In this document: positions 9,890 to 17,026 of the stretch, piece by piece
How positions within the stretch are numbered: the stretch's first letter is position 1
Layout: each line of letters starts with the position of its first letter
Assembly (NCBI GenBank): GCA_040007215.1
Contig: JBDTVL010000001.1
Coordinates: forward strand, 1-27,793
Direction: 5' to 3'
Origin: Flavitalea sp.
GTDB lineage: Bacteria; Bacteroidota; Bacteroidia; Chitinophagales; Chitinophagaceae
Length of the DNA: 27,793 nucleotides
Made by a program: the position numbers and the translations under genes
The notes under the pieces: model-generated
The model's input: the letters and a program-made list of their open reading frames with translations, nothing else
Databases searched by the model: none
Told to the model about the DNA's origin: nothing

Positions 9890-10825
9890 ATGAAAACAGT
9901 AAGCATTTTAGCCCCGGCATCAGTAGCTAATCTCGTATGCGGTTTTGATGTGCTGGGTATGGCGCTTGCCGATCCGGCAGATGAAATGACGATAAGTTTG
10001 ACTAAAGAGCCTGGTATTATTATCCATCACGAAGACCAATACGGACTGCCGGTTGCCCCGGAAAAGAATGTGGCCGGAGTAGCGCTGATGGCCCTGGTAA
10101 AGGAAATGAAAGAGGAGGTTGGTTTTGTGTTAACTGTGAATAAGCTGATCAAACCTGGCAGCGGCCTGGGTTCCAGCGCTGCCAGTTCGGCCGGCGCCGT
10201 TGCTGGGGCTAATGCATTGATCGATAATTATTTTTCCAAAGAAGACCTGGTGCGTTTTGCGATGGTCGGTGAAAAGCTGGCCTCGGGCGTTAAACATGCC
10301 GATAATATAGCTCCCTGTCTCTATGGAGGAGTAACTCTTGTTCGGTCTATATTACCGCTTGATATTATAAAATTATCTTTCCCCCCATTATATGTAACAG
10401 TGGTGCATCCGCAGATAGAAGTGAAAACCTCCGATGCGCGGCAGATCCTGCGCAACCAGGTGGCTTTGAAAGATGCCATCAGACAATGGGGTAATATTGC
10501 CGGATTGGTAGCGGGGTTCCTGCAAAAAGATTATGAACTGATCGGTCGTTCTCTCGAAGATGTGATCATAGAGCCGGTAAGAAGCATACTGATACCCGGT
10601 TTTAAAGAATTGAAATCGGGATGTATTGAAGCCGGCGCGCTGGGGGGCGGTATTTCCGGATCAGGACCTTCTGTATTCATGCTTAGTATTGAAGAGCGCA
10701 CAGCCCGCAATGTGGAAACAGTGATGAAAGACATTTACAGCCGACTGGGTATTGAATTCAAAACTTACGTAACAAAAATCTGCGATAAAGGAGTCAGGGT
10801 ACATGAAATATTACAGCACCAATAA
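9890..10825 (+). CDS. thrB: Homoserine kinase
   Basis: PASVANLVCGFD, GHMP-kinase loop PGSGLGSSAAS, HADNIAP and ISGSGPS. Confidence 0.95.
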   Translation: MKTVSILAPASVANLVCGFDVLGMALADPADEMTISLTKEPGIIIHHEDQYGLPVAPEKNVAGVALMALVKEMKEEVGFVLTVNKLIKPGSGLGSSAASSAGAVAGANALIDNYFSKEDLVRFAMVGEKLASGVKHADNIAPCLYGGVTLVRSILPLDIIKLSFPPLYVTVVHPQIEVKTSDARQILRNQVALKDAIRQWGNIAGLVAGFLQKDYELIGRSLEDVIIEPVRSILIPGFKELKSGCIEAGALGGGISGSGPSVFMLSIEERTARNVETVMKDIYSRLGIEFKTYVTKICDKGVRVHEILQHQ

Positions 10826-12122
10826 ACAATCGCCGGTAGTCGATTTTAAAGAAGCCACGATAAGAGGACAAGCCCCTGATAAGGGTTTATATTTTCCTGA
10901 GCGCATCCCTAAACTACCGCCTTCTTTTTTTACCAATATCAATACGCTTGCCAGACACGAGATAGCGATGCAGGTGATCGCACCTTATGTGGGTGACACT
11001 ATTCCTGAAAATGAATTGCAGCGTATCGTTGCTGAAACAGTCAATTTTGATTTCCCCCTGGTAAATGTGGAAGGGAATATCTTTTCTCTGGAACTTTTTC
11101 ATGGTCCCACGCTTGCTTTCAAAGATGTTGGCGCAAGATTTATGAGCCGTTGCCTGGGTTATTTTTCAAAGGAAAGGACTGATCGTATAATAGTGCTGGT
11201 AGCCACTTCCGGCGATACCGGCGGCGCCGTCGCCAACGGATTCTATGGCGTTGAAGGCATTGATGTTGTGATTTTATACCCTTCAGGGAAGGTTAGCTCC
11301 GTTCAGGAAAAACAACTCACTACCCTGGGAAGAAATATTCATGCGCTGGAAGTTGACGGATCATTTGATGATTGTCAGAAAATGGTGAAGGAGGCTTTTA
11401 CCGACTCCGATCTCAATGCCCGTTTATTTCTTACTTCAGCCAATTCCATTAATGTGGCGCGATGGCTCCCACAACAGTTTTATTATTTCTTTGCCTGGCA
11501 ACAACTAATGCGCGACCAGGGAAACCAGCAGCAGATCAAGCCGGTTATTTCAGTGCCCAGCGGTAATTTTGGCAATATTTGCGCAGGCCTTGTAGCTTAT
11601 CGTTCAGGCCTGCCCGTTGATCATTTTATTGCCGCCTGTAATGCCAATGATGTGGTTCCTGAATATTTTCTCCATGGTAACTACCAGCCCCAGCCGGCAA
11701 AATCAACAATATCCAATGCTATGGATGTTGGCGACCCCAGTAATTTTATCAGGATGCTGGAACTATTCGATCATAAGTATGGCGACCTCCGCGCCCTGAT
11801 CAGCAGCTACAGTATTACCGACGATGAAACCAGGCAAACTATCAGGAACGTATATACCCAGTTTAATTACCTGCCCGATCCTCATGGAGCGGTGGCCTAT
11901 GCCGCCCTTAAGAAATATCTTGTTGAAAATCCTTCGCAGGCAGGGAAAAGTATTTTCCTGGAAACTGCACATCCTATTAAGTTCTATGATGTAGTAGAGC
12001 CGGTGATCAACCAAACAGCGCCTATGCCATCATCGATCAAAGAGATCATGCATAAGGAAAAGAAGAGCCTTAAAATAAATAAGAAATTTGAGGAACTGAA
12101 GGAATACCTGTTGAGTAAGTAG
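10803..12122 (+). CDS. thrC: Threonine synthase
   Basis: ELFHGPTLAFKD (PLP lysine), ATSGDTG, SANSIN, VPSGNFGN, DPHGAV and ETAHP. Overlaps the thrB end by 23 nt. Confidence 0.96.
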   Translation: MKYYSTNKQSPVVDFKEATIRGQAPDKGLYFPERIPKLPPSFFTNINTLARHEIAMQVIAPYVGDTIPENELQRIVAETVNFDFPLVNVEGNIFSLELFHGPTLAFKDVGARFMSRCLGYFSKERTDRIIVLVATSGDTGGAVANGFYGVEGIDVVILYPSGKVSSVQEKQLTTLGRNIHALEVDGSFDDCQKMVKEAFTDSDLNARLFLTSANSINVARWLPQQFYYFFAWQQLMRDQGNQQQIKPVISVPSGNFGNICAGLVAYRSGLPVDHFIAACNANDVVPEYFLHGNYQPQPAKSTISNAMDVGDPSNFIRMLELFDHKYGDLRALISSYSITDDETRQTIRNVYTQFNYLPDPHGAVAYAALKKYLVENPSQAGKSIFLETAHPIKFYDVVEPVINQTAPMPSSIKEIMHKEKKSLKINKKFEELKEYLLSK

Positions 12123-12221
12123 AGGAATACTTTATTCTTTATGGTAACGCAGGCTTATGGTTTCATTGAATGCCGGAATGCATTTTTATTAAATCAGACT
12201 CCAGGCGTTTATTGATTACTG

Positions 12222-13478
12222 CTAGATGATGCCGGCCAGTTCAAGACTTTTTTTCTTCAGCTTTCTGAGTTCGACATCTTCTATAACAGGCTCGGGCATT
12301 AGTATAAGGGAAACGTTATTTTCTCTCCACCATGTTTTATTAAGCAGCTCCCTAAAGTGCAGGACGCCTACCAGGTATTTCCTGTCTTCCATGGCATGCC
12401 ATTCCTCGATCCATTCAAAACGTTCTTTTGGAATATATTTAAGATCGTCAAAACTCAGGTAGGCTTTTACATAAAAATCATGCGTAAGCTCATGCGGTTT
12501 GTGGTGGTAAAGTTTTTTATACTCATAGCGGTACTGGTAACGTAAAGCAGAGATATCGCTGAGCACTGCGGAGGCGGTAGGAAAACTTCCGGCGCCTTTT
12601 CCATAGAAGAATTGTTTATCGGAAAAACCGCTTTCTATCACTACTCCGTTATATTCATTTCTAACAAACGCCAGAGGATCATCCTGCTTTACAAATTGCG
12701 GCAATACGAAAGCCGCTACTTTTCCATTTAGCAGTTTCTGCGCCTGCGCAACTAATTTGATCTGATAGTTTTTTTCCTTGGCAACTAATGCATCGCCCGA
12801 TTGTATATTCTGAATACCTGTAAATACGATGTTGCCCGGGTTGTCGAGAATGCCATAAGCATGGGTAAGCAGAAATGTCCATTTGTTGACTGCGTCAAAA
12901 CCTTCTACATCCAGTTTGGGGTTGCTTTCTGCGAAGCCTAATTGCTGCGCCAGTATAAGCGCCTGTTTGAAGTCGAGCTTTTCTTCAAACATCTTGGTGA
13001 GGATGAAATTCGTAGAGCCATTAACGATAGCTTTCATGGAATGAAGAAGATCGTTATCGTAATATTCTTCCAGGTTGCGGATAACCGGTATGGAAGCGCA
13101 GGCTGCGGCTTCATATAAAAAAGGTTCTCCGGTGGTTTGCTGCAGCTCCAGTAATTCGGATAAATGTTCCGCGATCATCTTTTTATTGGCGCTCACGACC
13201 GATTTGCCATTCCTTAATGCGGTTGACACAATATGGAATGCGGCTTCAGAATCGTCAATCACTTCTACGATAACATTGATGTCCTCATCCATCAGCAGAT
13301 CATCTTTTTCGGTAGTGAATAAGGCGTCTGGCGCATTTCTCTGCTTCCCCGGATTTTTGATGCATATCTTTTTTATAGTAGCATTCAGGGATGCGGTTTG
13401 GTGCAGTACCTTATATAATCCTTCGCCTACAACACCGAATCCGAATAAACCAATGGTCAATTGTTTGTGCGTATCCAT
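12222..13478 (-). CDS. hom: Monofunctional homoserine dehydrogenase of the met operon
   Basis: GLFGFGVVG, VSANKK, YEAAACASIP, NGSTNFIL, AQQLGFAESNP and GKGAGSFPTASAV. Confidence 0.92.
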   Translation of the reverse strand: MDTHKQLTIGLFGFGVVGEGLYKVLHQTASLNATIKKICIKNPGKQRNAPDALFTTEKDDLLMDEDINVIVEVIDDSEAAFHIVSTALRNGKSVVSANKKMIAEHLSELLELQQTTGEPFLYEAAACASIPVIRNLEEYYDNDLLHSMKAIVNGSTNFILTKMFEEKLDFKQALILAQQLGFAESNPKLDVEGFDAVNKWTFLLTHAYGILDNPGNIVFTGIQNIQSGDALVAKEKNYQIKLVAQAQKLLNGKVAAFVLPQFVKQDDPLAFVRNEYNGVVIESGFSDKQFFYGKGAGSFPTASAVLSDISALRYQYRYEYKKLYHHKPHELTHDFYVKAYLSFDDLKYIPKERFEWIEEWHAMEDRKYLVGVLHFRELLNKTWWRENNVSLILMPEPVIEDVELRKLKKKSLELAGII

Positions 13479-13480
13479 AA

Positions 13481-14530
13481 TTAATGTGCGGTTTCTCTTT
13501 TTTTTGCGTTAAAGGAATCCCTTTCTATAAAATTAAGGATATGATGACTGATCTGTTCAAATTCCAGTAAAAATCCATCATGTCCATAAGGAGAGTTGAT
13601 CGGCTTAAAGGCAGCCCCAGGTATATTCTCCGCTATAAACTGCTGTTCGTGAGCAGGAAAAAGCAGGTCGGTTGTTATGCCTATGGCTAGTGTTTTCGCC
13701 TTGATGGATCCAAGTGCGTTGATCACTCCGTTTCTTCCTCTGCCCACATTATGGGCATCCATCGATTTACTTAGCGCATAATAACTGAAAGCATTAAATC
13801 GCCTGGCCAGTTTTTCACCTTGGTAACGCTGATAAGATTCACTGTTAAAATTTTCTAATTTATGATCATCCGTTTCGGATTGCCCCGACTGGTAGGTTTC
13901 ATAACTCCGGTAAGAGATCAGCGCAATGCTCCGGGCCACTTTCATTCCCTCAATGCCTGCGCTTTCCTTATTTTCTTTCCAGCCCGGATCGGCTTCAATA
14001 CATAATCGTTGAGAAGCATTAAAGGCTCTTCCCCATGGCGAATGAAGTGCATTGGTAGCGATCGGAAAAATATAACTGAACAGATCAGGCTCTGTGATGG
14101 CCCATTCCAGCAATTGTTGTCCGCCCATAGAACCTCCTATGCCTATATGAATTTTTCTTATGCCCATCAGTTCTTTCAAAGGATGATAAGCGCGGATCAT
14201 ATCGCGGGTGGTAAAGAACGGGAAGCTATGGTAATAGGGCTGATCGGTTTTCGGATTGATTTCCAAAGGACCAATACTTCCATAACAGCTCCCGGGCATG
14301 TTAACGCAAATAATAAACCAGGCAGAAGGATCAAATAATTTCCCTTCACCCACGAGGCCGGGCCACCATTCTGCGGCATCGCTGTTGGCGGTGAGCGCAT
14401 GAAAGATCCATACTGTATTGTCGCCTTTTTCATTCAGGCGGCCATAGGTAGTGTAGCCAATATGATACCCTGGCAAAATATGGCCGGATTCGAGCGTGAA
14501 GGGATGATGGTGTTCAAAAATCTTTGGCAT
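13481..14530 (-). CDS. metX: Homoserine O-acyltransferase, alpha/beta-hydrolase MetX family (acetyl versus succinyl donor not determined)
   Basis: HALTAN, GSCYGSIGP, nucleophile motif GGSMGG, TDLLFP and GHDGFL. Confidence 0.93.
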   Translation of the reverse strand: MPKIFEHHHPFTLESGHILPGYHIGYTTYGRLNEKGDNTVWIFHALTANSDAAEWWPGLVGEGKLFDPSAWFIICVNMPGSCYGSIGPLEINPKTDQPYYHSFPFFTTRDMIRAYHPLKELMGIRKIHIGIGGSMGGQQLLEWAITEPDLFSYIFPIATNALHSPWGRAFNASQRLCIEADPGWKENKESAGIEGMKVARSIALISYRSYETYQSGQSETDDHKLENFNSESYQRYQGEKLARRFNAFSYYALSKSMDAHNVGRGRNGVINALGSIKAKTLAIGITTDLLFPAHEQQFIAENIPGAAFKPINSPYGHDGFLLEFEQISHHILNFIERDSFNAKKRETAH

Positions 14531-14531
14531 A

Positions 14532-15872
<1,341 letters not shown>

Positions 15873-15945
15873 TTAATTATTTGAAGAAAAATAAAGTTTG
15901 AAGTCAATACGTATTGTACGGTAATGCCGTTGTCTGAGGAGAATG

Positions 15946-16041
15946 TTAAAGTATGCCTTTCGGCATACAACAAATACAGCACAACGCCTGGCCGAATGCG
16001 GCAGGCGTTATAGCTTTAATATTTGTTGTTCTGGCGTTCAT
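15946..16041 (-). CDS. Putative Cys/Met-rich leader peptide of the met operon (31 aa, MNARTTNIKAITPAAFGQALCCICCMPKGIL)
   Basis: Translated by hand on the minus strand. Codons TGC TGT ATT TGT TGT ATG lie near the C-terminus. The ORF sits 11 nt downstream of a perfect TACATTTG element and its stop is about 90 nt upstream of metY. Confidence 0.75.
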   Translation of the reverse strand: MNARTTNIKAITPAAFGQALCCICCMPKGIL

Positions 16042-16052
16042 TTTTATGCATG

Positions 16053-16060
16053 CAAATGTA
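16053..16060 (-). promoter_or_regulatory. Bacteroidota -7 promoter element TACATTTG for the met leader/operon
   Basis: Exact TAnnTTTG match, oriented toward the leader ORF. Confidence 0.65.
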
Positions 16061-16135
16061 GTGGACTTTATAACTATTTTCATAAAATACTTTAATGTTA
16101 GCTGAATTTTACCAAATCACTGACCCTTAATATTT

Positions 16136-16570
16136 TTACATCCTGACTTCCCATTCATCTTCAATAAGTTGCCAGTCATTGAAGGCCTCTTTCCCGCCTC
16201 TGGCCTTCCAGTCAGAATCAATGGTCAGCTTTGAACTGATACCTCCACGGGGGTTGCAGATCATGACAAGTCTTAATCTTTCGGGCGCGTAAATCGCAGC
16301 GATATCATCATAAATAATATTGATAAGCCTCTCATACGACACTACGATATTCCTGAGCTGGAAAATGTACTGCTTTAATGATTTCAGCTCTATGATTTTG
16401 TCTTTGGGATAAAATACCAGGTAAATAACTGCAAAATCAGGTTGCTCCTTCACGCCCAGGAAGGTGAATTCAGGAATCTTTGTTTTGATTTCATACGCCT
16501 GCTGCGTAGGATTTGGAATGGCTTTTAAAATATTCCTGTCTATATTCTTATAGGTAAGTGTCTCTTTCAT
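16136..16570 (-). CDS. QueF-family (T-fold) protein lacking the catalytic cysteine; function unknown
   Basis: PEFTFLGVKEQPDFA aligns with QueF PEFTSLCPKTGQPDFA, but Gly replaces the Cys. It also has the QueF motif IELKSLKQY, SYE (versus FHE) and NPRGGIS. Confidence 0.85.
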   Translation of the reverse strand: MKETLTYKNIDRNILKAIPNPTQQAYEIKTKIPEFTFLGVKEQPDFAVIYLVFYPKDKIIELKSLKQYIFQLRNIVVSYERLINIIYDDIAAIYAPERLRLVMICNPRGGISSKLTIDSDWKARGGKEAFNDWQLIEDEWEVRM

Positions 16571-16704
16571 GATTTGAAATTTATCGGCATTTGTTTAAAG
16601 CGGTGAAACGATGAATAAATAATTTGACTGTTAACAACCTTTCAAGAAAAAATTATCGGAAGAATCTGTTCTATTGTATGCGCGGTAGCTTTCCGGCTAA
16701 CAAC

Positions 16705-16736
16705 AAAAAAGCTCTTCTGATAGTCAGAAGAGCTTT
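16705..16736 (-). terminator. Intrinsic terminator of the SAM-I riboswitch expression platform
   Basis: Minus strand reads AAAGCTCTTCTGA-CTA-TCAGAAGAGCTTTTTT: a perfect 13-bp stem with a 3-nt loop, and a U6 run whose first three U's close the stem. Confidence 0.9.
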
Positions 16737-16790
16737 ACTATTTTGACGGATGCAGAATGCAAACGTTTGGAGTATAAGGCTTTGATCTGA

Positions 16791-16902
16791 CTTATCTATC
16801 CCAATTAATCCATTGGGATGGAGTTGGCACCTTATTCTGAATGAACAGAACAGGTTGTCAAGGCTTCGCAGGGCCATTTCCCTCAGCCTTTCTTGATAAG
16901 AG
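16791..16902 (-). ncRNA. SAM-I (S-box) riboswitch aptamer
   Basis: Minus strand reads CTCTTATCAAGAAAGGCTGAGGGAAATGGCCCTGCGAAGCCTTGACAACC...AAGGTGCCAACTCC ATCCCAAT-GGATTA-ATTGGGAT AGATAAG. This gives P1 CTTATC/GATAAG, a P2 kink-turn element GAGGG..GGCCC..GAAGCC, P3 ACAACC/GGTGC and a P4 hairpin. Confidence 0.93.
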
Positions 16903-16919
16903 ATGTTTAAGAACTGATG

Positions 16920-16927
16920 CAAATATA
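16920..16927 (-). promoter_or_regulatory. -7 promoter element TATATTTG driving the riboswitch transcript
   Basis: Exact TAnnTTTG match about 18 nt upstream of the aptamer. Confidence 0.7.
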
Positions 16928-17001
16928 GAGCGGCCTTTAAATATTTCAAAATATTGTCTATGGTATAACAAATTCACGTGTTCTAAACCTCTGTTTGTTC
17001 G

Positions 17002-17009
17002 TAAATTTG
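17002..17009 (+). promoter_or_regulatory. -7 promoter element TAAATTTG for uvrA
   Basis: Exact TAnnTTTG match 17 nt before the ATG at 17027. Confidence 0.6.
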
Positions 17010-17026
17010 ATGTTCTTCAATTTATT

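Noticed and set aside
25-14433. Numerous 60-145 aa ORFs nested antisense or out of frame within gltD, amt, porin, ppc, thrABC, hom and metX
   Set aside because: They overlap well-supported genes completely and carry no recognisable motifs.
16136-16570. Calling the QueF-like gene part of an anti-phage or DNA 7-deazaguanine modification cluster
   Set aside because: There are no queC, queD, queE, folE, dpdA or other defence genes nearby; the context is a SAM riboswitch and met genes.
16671-16949. 92-aa minus-strand ORF over the riboswitch
   Set aside because: It starts upstream of the riboswitch promoter and coincides with the aptamer and terminator, which explain the sequence fully. No protein motifs.
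16841-17026. 62-aa N-terminal extension of UvrA given by the ORF track
   Set aside because: It is antisense to the SAM-I aptamer and spans the promoter region. A TAnnTTTG element at 17002-17009 supports the ATG at 17027.
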